IMG/VR virus record: IMGVR_UViG_3300037493_001173
Coordinates: 1-25,145 of that record
Source: a virus
Lineage: Duplodnaviria; Caudoviricetes
DNA: 25,145 nucleotides
Reading direction: 5' to 3' (one strand)
Shown: one piece after another, positions 1 through 7,077 of the stretch
How positions within the stretch are numbered: position 1 is the first letter of the stretch
Layout: each line of letters opens with the position of its first letter
Position numbers and translations under genes: made by a program
The notes under the pieces: generated by a model
The model's input: the letters and a program-made list of their open reading frames with translations, nothing else
What the model was told of the DNA's origin: nothing
The model's database searches: none

Positions 1-146
1 GCACTTGCACAATACAATATTCTTGGATATTTCGCATCCAGATAATTGCATATTGCTTGTTGTATTGATGCTTCACTACCTTCATTAATCAGTGATTTCT
101 TCAAACCAGTTGATTTCTTTGTAAATTTCTTATAAAATTTTGTCAT
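1..146 (-). CDS. Partial CDS running off the window start; probable VRR-NUC family nuclease N-terminus
   Basis: Manually translated, not in the ORF track: ATG at 146, MTKFYKKFTKKSTGLKKSLINEGSEASIQQAICNYLDAKYPRILYCAS..., open to position 1. 'SEASIQQAICNYL' resembles the N-terminal helix of phage VRR-NUC proteins. Confidence 0.6.
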   Translation of the reverse strand, partial: MTKFYKKFTKKSTGLKKSLINEGSEASIQQAICNYLDAKYPRILYCAS

Positions 147-204
147 TCATTTTCAATTAGTTACACATTAATCAGAAATTATTTTTGTTAAATCGAAAGA
201 TTTT

Positions 205-235
205 TTTGGTAGTTCAATAATTAGATGTATGTTTG
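205..235 (+). promoter_or_regulatory. Bacteroidota primary-sigma promoter of the early operon
   Basis: TTTG (205-208), 19-nt spacer, TATGTTTG (228-235): matches the -33 TTTG / -7 TAnnTTTG consensus. The predicted start near 241 coincides with hairpin TCAAACC-AACG-GGTTTGA (241-258). Confidence 0.8.
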
Positions 236-411
236 CTGTATCAAACCAACGGGTTTGAGTTGTGAAGGTAGCAAAAATTGATGGAAAGATGGTTGTTGAT
301 GTGAATCACTAAACTAATCACCAGATAGAATGTAGCAAAGCGGATTGCATTGATTCCGTAAAGATGAAAATCAAACGATGCACTCAATCATACCAGAGTT
401 AAAAAGGTAAA

Positions 412-423
412 TGTTCTTTGAAA
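412..423 (+). promoter_or_regulatory. boxA-like antitermination element
   Basis: TGTTCTTTGAAA matches 9 of 12 positions of E. coli rrn boxA TGCTCTTTAACA; lies in the untranslated early leader. Confidence 0.45.
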
Positions 424-435
424 TATCGGTAAATC

Positions 436-490
436 TGAAATGCAATGGTAACTGATTTAATCAGTGAAGGTTCGATTCCTTCCATTTCGC
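436..490 (+). ncRNA. tRNA-like element (acceptor stem plus T-arm, no D-arm, shrunken anticodon arm)
   Basis: TGAAATG (436-442) pairs with CATTTCG (483-489); T-arm GAAGG-TTCGATT-CCTTC (466-482); small hairpin CTGAT-TTA-ATCAG (452-464). About 55 nt, no encoded CCA. Confidence 0.6.
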
Positions 491-524
491 TAAACTTAAA
501 AACAACAATCAAAAACAAAACACA

Positions 525-782
525 ATGAACACTTACACAGATTTGAACACAAACGAAATTGAAGTATTAAAAGCAATCAGTATTGCATCTGATGGAAATG
601 GTGGTGATTTCACATACTTCGATGAAGCAATGAAACACATCAACTCATTAACTGAAGAACAAGTGAAAGGATATGTTTCTCAATTAAGCCAAAAGAAATA
701 TATCATTACTTGTAAAGATGGAAAGTACACACAAATTTCTTCTGGAATGTATGTTGATTATTTAACTGAATACGAATTCTAA
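525..782 (+). CDS. Small early protein, winged-helix-like
   Basis: 85 aa; 'LNTNEIEVLKAI...LTEEQVKGYVSQLSQKKYI' pattern typical of winged HTH; A-rich leader. Confidence 0.6.
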   Translation: MNTYTDLNTNEIEVLKAISIASDGNGGDFTYFDEAMKHINSLTEEQVKGYVSQLSQKKYIITCKDGKYTQISSGMYVDYLTEYEF

Positions 783-840
783 AAATCAAATGGGGGATGC
801 GCATCCAGAACGCATAAGCAAAACAGAAATCAAAATCAAA

Positions 841-1029
841 ATGAAAAACAAATTCGAATTATCAAATGGTAATCTGGTAAAGATTACATCAAAGCGAATC
901 GCATATGGTAATGCAGTATTCACTTTCACTATCACAGATAAAAATGGAAACTGGAATCAAGAACACAATGGAACTTATCCAGTGGGTTATTATAACTCAA
1001 TCGAAGAATACATCAAATCACAACACTAA
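841..1029 (+). CDS. Hypothetical early protein (62 aa)
   Basis: Start moved from 790 to ATG 841, directly after the AAATCAAAATCAAA leader; MKNKFELSNGNL... Confidence 0.7.
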   Translation: MKNKFELSNGNLVKITSKRIAYGNAVFTFTITDKNGNWNQEHNGTYPVGYYNSIEEYIKSQH

Positions 1030-1054
1030 ATCAAAAATCAAAATCAAAATCAAA

Positions 1055-1216
1055 ATGGAAAAATCAGGAATTGCTATTGAAAAGATAATTGAACTTATGG
1101 AAGAATTCGATATGTTCAAAAATTTAACTGAACCACAAATCACTAAAATTTTACAATCATTAAACAACATTGCAATCAGTGGATATAATGATGCAAGAGA
1201 TTCATTTAATGTTTAA
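1055..1216 (+). CDS. Hypothetical early protein (53 aa)
   Basis: Start moved from 905 to ATG 1055 after the (AAAATC)n leader; MEKSGIAIEKIIELMEEF... Confidence 0.7.
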   Translation: MEKSGIAIEKIIELMEEFDMFKNLTEPQITKILQSLNNIAISGYNDARDSFNV

Positions 1217-1246
1217 TCAACTCATAAATCAAAAATCAAAATCAAA

Positions 1247-1666
1247 ATGGAAACACTTAAAAACAACAAAATTTATTTTTCACAAGCTGATATGCTTCTG
1301 GATTCAGATGTTGCATTTGCACTATTAAAAAATGCAAAATGGATTCACACTGAAACATCATACACCAGTTCAATAGAATCAGAAAACGCATTGTTGTTTG
1401 TTGAATTGTTAAATACAATGAAGCATTCTGGAAGATTAGTATGCAGCACAATGCACGAATATTTTATTGATATTCAAAAGCTGAATTCATTCAAGGAATA
1501 CTTCAATGAAAATGTAAAGGTTGAAGATTACTTCAACAATGGAAATCTGGATATCTCATTTTTGAAAGTTCAGGTGAACAAATTGTGGATTCAATTCATT
1601 GCTGATGTGATTGCTAAATCAATCATCATATGCACACCAAACAACATAACTTTTCAAATCAAATAA
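1247..1666 (+). CDS. Hypothetical early protein (139 aa)
   Basis: ORF track; (AAAATC)n leader directly before the ATG. Confidence 0.8.
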   Translation: METLKNNKIYFSQADMLLDSDVAFALLKNAKWIHTETSYTSSIESENALLFVELLNTMKHSGRLVCSTMHEYFIDIQKLNSFKEYFNENVKVEDYFNNGNLDISFLKVQVNKLWIQFIADVIAKSIIICTPNNITFQIK

Positions 1667-1676
1667 TCAAATCAAT

Positions 1677-1919
1677 ATGTCTACAAAAATCAATGTTATT
1701 ATCACACCACAAATGGTGTATGCAACTTATGTAAAAACAATTTGCTTCAAGGAAACCTTGACTGAAGATTACAATCAATCTCAATCTGCAAAAGATAGAG
1801 CAAGAGCATATGCATTCAGTTATGGAAAATCATTTGGAAGTTGTATGCTGAATGAATTAGAAATCGAAGAAAACTGGAATGACAATGATGTGTTTAACTA
1901 TTTAGAAAAAGCAATATGA
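1677..1919 (+). CDS. Hypothetical early protein (80 aa)
   Basis: ORF track; AATCAAATCAAT leader; tight operon packing. Confidence 0.75.
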   Translation: MSTKINVIITPQMVYATYVKTICFKETLTEDYNQSQSAKDRARAYAFSYGKSFGSCMLNELEIEENWNDNDVFNYLEKAI

Positions 1920-2041
1920 AAAAAGAAATCAAAATCATTGCTGGAATCATCTTCTTTATTCTTGCATTCAAGTTTGCATCCGATTTCGATATGCAAATCA
2001 AAGAACTGGAATCAATTGAAGTGAATGCATATGGTGAATAA
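1916..2041 (+). CDS. Small single-TM membrane protein (41 aa)
   Basis: Manual translation MKKEIKIIAGIIFFILAFKFASDFDMQIKELESIEVNAYGE*; ATGA overlap with the upstream stop. Confidence 0.65.
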   Translation: MKKEIKIIAGIIFFILAFKFASDFDMQIKELESIEVNAYGE

Positions 2042-2117
2042 AATCAAAATCTGGATTCGTGAAGTGATGCAATATGCATACGAATCAAAATCAAAATCAA
2101 TGTTCGGTAAATTCTAA
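2031..2117 (+). CDS. Possible small protein (28 aa)
   Basis: MVNKIKIWIREVMQYAYESKSKSMFGKF* fills the gap between neighbours; alternative in-frame ATG at 2025. Confidence 0.35.
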   Translation: MVNKIKIWIREVMQYAYESKSKSMFGKF

Positions 2118-2130
2118 AATCAAAATCAAT

Positions 2131-2643
2131 ATGAAACAAACAATCAAAAAACAAATCACAATTCCATTCACACTGGAAGCAATGAAGAATCCAAACGCAC
2201 AATTCGTGATGCGCGATGGAACACCAGTTGAAAGTAATGCATTGACATTTCTTCCAGACTATTATGAACATTATGCAATTCGCGGAACATTTGGTGAACA
2301 ATATGAATTGTGGACAAACGAAGGAATGTACAATACAATGATTCCACAACATCCAAAAGACCTTCTGGAAGTAATTGAAGTTGAAGAAGCAATTGAAAAC
2401 ATCAAGCGAATTGAATTTACTGAAGAAGAAATCTTGCATCTGTTGTTTACACTTCAATCAGCACAAGATTCATTTGGTGATAGAAAATTCTTTCCTGAAG
2501 ATTCTGAACTGAAGACATCATACAATCAGCAATTGCAATCTTGGATTAATCAAGCTGATGTATTGTACAAAAAGATTCTTCTTCACAGATGGACTGAACT
2601 TCCAACACCACCAGATTCATATTATACAAACCAAAACAAATAA
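2131..2643 (+). CDS. Hypothetical protein (170 aa)
   Basis: Start moved from 2074 to ATG 2131 after the TAAAATCAAAATCAAT leader. Confidence 0.75.
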   Translation: MKQTIKKQITIPFTLEAMKNPNAQFVMRDGTPVESNALTFLPDYYEHYAIRGTFGEQYELWTNEGMYNTMIPQHPKDLLEVIEVEEAIENIKRIEFTEEEILHLLFTLQSAQDSFGDRKFFPEDSELKTSYNQQLQSWINQADVLYKKILLHRWTELPTPPDSYYTNQNK

Positions 2644-2647
2644 TCAT

Positions 2648-2809
2648 ATGCTATTCAAACGCAAACCAAAGCCATTACCACCACGAAAACCAACAATGGT
2701 ATGTGTGACATCATCAGCAAATTCATTTCCTTATTTAAGCTTTAATGAGATTGCTGAAAATATGAATCATCACAAGGAACTAACTGAATACAGATACACA
2801 ATAAAATGA
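2648..2809 (+). CDS. Hypothetical protein (53 aa)
   Basis: MLFKRKPKPLPPRKPTM...; start 4 nt after the previous stop; ATGA coupling to the next gene. Confidence 0.6.
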   Translation: MLFKRKPKPLPPRKPTMVCVTSSANSFPYLSFNEIAENMNHHKELTEYRYTIK

Positions 2810-3636
2810 TGGAAGAAGAAAATCAATTTGTCGCAAGGCATTTTTCAAATCATATATTCGAAATGTCGGAAACATATGATAGGGAATCCAGACCAACAAT
2901 CTTTGATACGATGCTGAAATCATATCAAGCATCAATCAAATTTGGTGTATCAGAATATCAGTTCTTCAATACAATGAAATTTGACAATTCGAAAGTATTC
3001 TGGAACTGGTCTAATGAAGCAAACTGGAATGAACAAACAATCAGAAATCAATTTAAGGAAATGGATACATTCAAAGATGATTATGCTAATGGATTAGCAC
3101 AAGAACAAAAATCAATTAATCAACAAACAACAAATAACAAATCCACAATTATGGAAAAAACAAGCAAAGTGCTATCAGCACAATCAAATGGTTCATTCGA
3201 ATCAAACTATGGAACACTTTATGGATTCGAAGTTGCATTCGAAAATGGTGATGTAGGAAACTACAATTCAAAATCAAAAGACCAAAACAAATTTGTCGCT
3301 GGTCAAGATGCAACATACACCATCGAAACAAAACCAACAAAGAATGGTAAAACATTTACTGCAATCAAACCAGTATTTGCACCACAACAAAACAATCCAA
3401 GACCAATGCAACAAAGCACATCAACACCAGCATCATCATATGGTGCTAAATCACCAGAAACAGAAGCGCGAATCATTCGTATGAATGCATTAACATCATC
3501 AGTGAATTTCTTGAAAGAACGCAATTGTGATTTGAAACAGATTCTGGAAGTTGCTGAAACTTTCATTTCATTCATCAATGCGGAAATAACATCTGAAAAA
3601 TTAAACAACAAGAATGATGGCGACCTTCCATTCTAA
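2806..3636 (+). CDS. ssDNA-binding-like protein with N-terminal extension; probable internal start at 3151
   Basis: From M at 3151: beta-rich OB-fold-like segment, Q/S/P-rich linker and acidic C-terminal 'NDGDLPF' tail characteristic of SSBs. Confidence 0.65.
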   Translation: MMEEENQFVARHFSNHIFEMSETYDRESRPTIFDTMLKSYQASIKFGVSEYQFFNTMKFDNSKVFWNWSNEANWNEQTIRNQFKEMDTFKDDYANGLAQEQKSINQQTTNNKSTIMEKTSKVLSAQSNGSFESNYGTLYGFEVAFENGDVGNYNSKSKDQNKFVAGQDATYTIETKPTKNGKTFTAIKPVFAPQQNNPRPMQQSTSTPASSYGAKSPETEARIIRMNALTSSVNFLKERNCDLKQILEVAETFISFINAEITSEKLNNKNDGDLPF

Positions 3637-3877
3637 ATTTCATCAAGCATTGGCGCAACACTTTCGAAGTGTTGTTGCCTTTGCAAGATATATTGATTGC
3701 AGTCTTCCAACTGCAACTCATTATCTGAAGCATCCAGAACAAATGCGTATGGATGTATTTTCAAGAATACAAACCAAGACTGGAATCGAATCCAGTGAAC
3801 TTTATCAACTGATATGCGAAAGCGAAAAACAAAACGAAAAGCAAAAAGAAGAACCTTTGAACCAAAAAAGAAAATGA
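3614..3877 (+). CDS. Cro/XRE-like HTH DNA-binding protein
   Basis: 'SVVAFARYIDCSLPTATHYLKHPEQM' HTH pattern. Confidence 0.6.
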   Translation: MMATFHSKFHQALAQHFRSVVAFARYIDCSLPTATHYLKHPEQMRMDVFSRIQTKTGIESSELYQLICESEKQNEKQKEEPLNQKRK

Positions 3878-4374
3878 AAACTGAAGTAAAAAAAATACTG
3901 GATTATGCATCAATGTTTGTGATGCCTGAAAGACGCGAAGAATTTCTTTTGTTCATTGCACCATACATAATCACCAGTGATAATGTTGAACAACCACCAG
4001 AAGAAGTTGAAGAAGTTATGATGAAAGAAGAAGATTTCATTCAACTTCTGGAAGATAAGATTTGCAGTGTATTCGGAATCAAAGCAAAATCATTGTATGA
4101 GAATTCACGAAGACGCGAAATTGCATATGCAAGACATATGTGTATGTGGGTTATGCGTAAAAACACGATGATGACAATGGCGAATATTTCCAGAAGATAC
4201 AACCGACATCATTCAACTGCAATTCATTCATACAAGATGTTTGAAGAACTATTCATTTTTGATAAGACATTCAGGAATCAATCGAATGCAGTTGCTGAAT
4301 ATCTTGCAATGCACGAATATGATGGAATGAAAAAAGATTTGAATGTCTTACTGGTAACAAACAAAGTTTACTAA
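3874..4374 (+). CDS. Protein with DnaA C-terminal (domain IV) HTH
   Basis: 'SRRREIAYARHMCMWVMR...MANISRRYNRHHSTAIHSYK' resembles DnaA domain IV; no AAA+ domain. Start set at 3874 by ATGA coupling. Confidence 0.75.
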   Translation: MKTEVKKILDYASMFVMPERREEFLLFIAPYIITSDNVEQPPEEVEEVMMKEEDFIQLLEDKICSVFGIKAKSLYENSRRREIAYARHMCMWVMRKNTMMTMANISRRYNRHHSTAIHSYKMFEELFIFDKTFRNQSNAVAEYLAMHEYDGMKKDLNVLLVTNKVY

Positions 4375-4386
4375 AAACCACAAGCA

Positions 4387-5163
4387 ATGTCGAAATCAAA
4401 ATCAAAACCAATGATGCTTGATGTCACCAGATTGCTTCAGGATTCTTCACTGATGTCAATGGAACAAAAAGGTTCATTCTTGACAATGCTTTGCATCCAA
4501 CATCAGAATGGATTCATCACACAAGACCAGATGAAAAGCATATGCATAGCATATGGTGAGCATATGCAGAGCATATGCATAGCATATGGTGATGTATGGA
4601 TGTATGAACCACTTCTGGAATCAATGCAAAAGCAAAGTGAATATTCAATGAATCGAAAGCGCAACGCGACATCCAGAAAAAAACCACTGGTGATTCCAGA
4701 TTCAAATTCAAATTCGTCTGGTGAAGCATATGCTGAACATATGGTAAGCATATGTGAAAAATATGCACTATCTACTAATAGTAATATATATATAGATAAT
4801 AATATTAATACTAATAATAATATTAATAATATAATAAAGACGAAAAAAAATAAGAAACAAGGAAAACCTGAATCAGTTTTGCAAGTGCTTGAATACTTTT
4901 CCACAATAGATGGAAGTGAATCAGATGCAAACGAATTTTACGATTACTACCAGAGCAATGGTTGGAAAGTTGGAAGAACACCAATGGTTGACTGGTTGTC
5001 ATCAGCACGAAACTGGATGCGAAGAAAATCAAACTACAAAAATCAAAATCAAAATCATAAAGCAAATGAATCAACAACTTCAAAAAATGGAAGGTTCACA
5101 ATCACTGATGCAGAAAGAATTCTTCAACAAGCAAATGATATTGCTTCATCAGAGAATCATTAA
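4387..5163 (+). CDS. Phage replication initiator (replisome organizer-like)
   Basis: N-terminal 'D...MSMEQKGSFLTMLC' (YdaU/DUF1376-like), low-complexity middle and C-terminal 'FYDYYQSNGWKVGRTPMVDWLSSARNW'; internal iterons and AT-rich tract as in lambda O. Confidence 0.75.
   Translation: MSKSKSKPMMLDVTRLLQDSSLMSMEQKGSFLTMLCIQHQNGFITQDQMKSICIAYGEHMQSICIAYGDVWMYEPLLESMQKQSEYSMNRKRNATSRKKPLVIPDSNSNSSGEAYAEHMVSICEKYALSTNSNIYIDNNINTNNNINNIIKTKKNKKQGKPESVLQVLEYFSTIDGSESDANEFYDYYQSNGWKVGRTPMVDWLSSARNWMRRKSNYKNQNQNHKANESTTSKNGRFTITDAERILQQANDIASSENH
4537..4838. repeat. Putative replication origin: 11-bp-phased AGCATATG iterons plus AT-rich unwinding element
   Basis: AGCATATG at 4537, 4548, 4559, 4570, 4581; second array at 4725, 4736 (AACATATG), 4747, 4758 (AAAATATG); near-pure A/T tract about 4768-4838. 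Confidence 0.75.
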
Positions 5164-5860
5164 AGCACAAGAATCGGAAAAGATATCCAAGTGTACATTG
5201 CCTGAATTCGCGCAAAGCATAGTCAAAATTTGCGCTTTGAATGGTGTTGCAATGGTTGATATACAATTCATCCAGATAATGCACCAGATTCTTTCTAATG
5301 CATTCCCTTCAGTAACACTGGATGATTTGATGATTGCAATTGAAATGAACATCACAAATCAGTTCGACAAGAAAATCAATCACTTCCAAACAATTGATGC
5401 TTCATACATATCTGATGTTCTTTCATTGTACTTGATGCACAAAGGAAAAGCAATCATTGAATACAGAAATCTGGAATTGAAATGGAAGGAACTGAATCCA
5501 CCAGAACCAACAGATGCAGAAAAAGAAATCAAAGTTGATTGGATGAAGTTGATTCAGGAACATATTGAACAATGGAAAAAAGGAAAAGATACCAGTGCAA
5601 TGCTTTGTTCATATCGGATTGTGGAATGGATGCATTCAACTGGATTAATATCTGATGATATGTACACATTGAAACAATGGAATGAATTGAAAATTCAAGC
5701 ACGAAAAATTGTGATGAAAGAACAAGACATCACACCAACAAAGTTTTCAAAGTTCAGTGATAGACAACACGAAATTTTTGCGCATTCAGTTACTTGTGAA
5801 CTGCGAAGAATTTTATACAAGAAATATTTAACTCAACAATGTAATCTCAATAATCAATAA
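5066..5860 (+). CDS. Replication-associated protein, possible helicase loader
   Basis: Start moved from 4910 to ATG 5066 after the AAAATCAAAATCAAAATCA leader; function inferred only from position after the initiator. Confidence 0.5.
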   Translation: MNQQLQKMEGSQSLMQKEFFNKQMILLHQRIIKAQESEKISKCTLPEFAQSIVKICALNGVAMVDIQFIQIMHQILSNAFPSVTLDDLMIAIEMNITNQFDKKINHFQTIDASYISDVLSLYLMHKGKAIIEYRNLELKWKELNPPEPTDAEKEIKVDWMKLIQEHIEQWKKGKDTSAMLCSYRIVEWMHSTGLISDDMYTLKQWNELKIQARKIVMKEQDITPTKFSKFSDRQHEIFAHSVTCELRRILYKKYLTQQCNLNNQ

Positions 5861-5871
5861 AAATCAAAACA

Positions 5872-6261
5872 ATGGAACAACTCAAAATGACATTTGAAAG
5901 ACAAAAAGCAAATCGCACACCAGTAACTCGTGAAAGATTGTCACAAGTTTGCAAACTGGTGAATTCAGGATTAACACCAATTGAAGTTTGCAATCAACTG
6001 AAATTCTCAAAGCATTATTTTTCAATGATGATGCAGTGCGGAATGATATCGTGTGATGGAAATAAAAATTACACTGCAATGGAAAGAATTCGAAATGAAA
6101 GATTTGCAATGTTTCTAAAATTGAAACACAATTATGTGAAAGGAATTAGAACTGAATCACAAGTTCGAAGAACTAAATCAGTTCATAAGATTGAAGAAAA
6201 AATTGTTGAACCAAAAAGAAACTTCATTCAAAGAATCATTGCTAAACTTTTCAATCTATGA
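5872..6261 (+). CDS. Hypothetical protein with N-terminal HTH-like segment
   Basis: 'LVNSGLTPIEVCNQLKFSKHYF'; AAAATCAAAAC leader. Confidence 0.55.
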   Translation: MEQLKMTFERQKANRTPVTRERLSQVCKLVNSGLTPIEVCNQLKFSKHYFSMMMQCGMISCDGNKNYTAMERIRNERFAMFLKLKHNYVKGIRTESQVRRTKSVHKIEEKIVEPKRNFIQRIIAKLFNL

Positions 6262-6452
6262 TTCCATTCCACAAATCAGTAAAGTGTTACCGATTGTTTT
6301 ACGAATATTCACAAGAATATCTTGCATACAAACTTGGAATTGAACAATCAAATTATTGTCTTCGTGAACAAGGCAAAACAAACTTCAAAGATGCTGAAGT
6401 TTTAGCACTGAAAGAATTATTCAAAATACAAATACGCGAAGAAAAAATATGA
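6258..6452 (+). CDS. XRE-family HTH regulator
   Basis: 'YSQEYLAYKLGIEQSNYCLREQGKT' XRE signature. Confidence 0.85.
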   Translation: MIPFHKSVKCYRLFYEYSQEYLAYKLGIEQSNYCLREQGKTNFKDAEVLALKELFKIQIREEKI

Positions 6453-6607
6453 AAACACAAAGTGCAGTTCAATGGTTTTATACAAATTTGAAGAATTACA
6501 AATCATTAGATTTGAATGATAAACTGATTCAAGATTTATATAAAAAAGCATTACAAATGGAACAAGACCAAATCAAAAAAGCATCTGGTGATTTTTGGCT
6601 TGACTAA
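6449..6607 (+). CDS. Small phage protein (52 aa)
   Basis: Manual translation MKTQSAVQWFYTNLKNYKSLDLNDKLIQDLYKKALQMEQDQIKKASGDFWLD*; ATGA coupling. Confidence 0.7.
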   Translation: MKTQSAVQWFYTNLKNYKSLDLNDKLIQDLYKKALQMEQDQIKKASGDFWLD

Positions 6608-6619
6608 AAAATAAAAATT

Positions 6620-6850
6620 ATGAGTAAAGAATTTGATGAATTTATGAATGGTATTGAAAGCAAACCAAAGTTGAATATTGATATTCAAGAATATTACAAT
6701 ACTTGTGGTGATGGTTGTTGCACTGATTATGGAACAATCACAAAAGTTAATGGTGTTGAATTGCCTTCACACAATCAAGATACATACACCATCTTGAAAC
6801 AAGTTCTGGAACATCTTGGTTTTGAAGTAGAAATAAATGAAACATTTTAA
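6620..6850 (+). CDS. Hypothetical protein with CGDGCC motif
   Basis: ORF track, 76 aa; Cys cluster suggests metal binding. Confidence 0.7.
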   Translation: MSKEFDEFMNGIESKPKLNIDIQEYYNTCGDGCCTDYGTITKVNGVELPSHNQDTYTILKQVLEHLGFEVEINETF

Positions 6851-6852
6851 GA

Positions 6853-7077
6853 ATGAAAAAAGAAAAATTCACCAACAAACAAAGAGCTGAAATCTTTGCT
6901 GATTACATACTGGATATGTATCAACAATTGACAAATGAATCAGCAGAAAAAACACCAATAGAACTTTCAATTCAGACCTTCGAAGAACTCCTGAAAACTG
7001 ATTGCAACATTGCTGAAAAAAGATTCTATAAAAATGCATTAAACAGAATTAATGAAGTACGAACCAACATTTCTTGA
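6853..7077 (+). CDS. Hypothetical protein (74 aa)
   Basis: ORF track; operon packing before terL. Confidence 0.7.
   Translation: MKKEKFTNKQRAEIFADYILDMYQQLTNESAEKTPIELSIQTFEELLKTDCNIAEKRFYKNALNRINEVRTNIS

Noticed and set aside
436-490. Functional tRNA gene
   Set aside because: No D-arm, a 3-nt anticodon loop and only about 55 nt; reported as tRNA-like instead.
426-2112. TCGGTAAAT repeated at 426-434 and 2104-2112
   Set aside because: Only two copies of a 9-mer, with no further support.
4749-4759. CATATGTGAAA shared between an iteron and the putative sRNA (16622-16632)
   Set aside because: A single 11-nt AT-rich match, compatible with chance.
4537-4765. CRISPR array or protein-level repeat
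   Set aside because: 8-bp units with 3-bp gaps at an 11-bp period (not a multiple of 3); no spacers or cas genes.
790-5065. ORF-track N-terminal extensions from 790, 905, 2074, 2558, 3814 and 4910
   Set aside because: They translate leader repeats (KIKIK, NQNQ) or overlap upstream genes heavily; downstream ATGs fit better.
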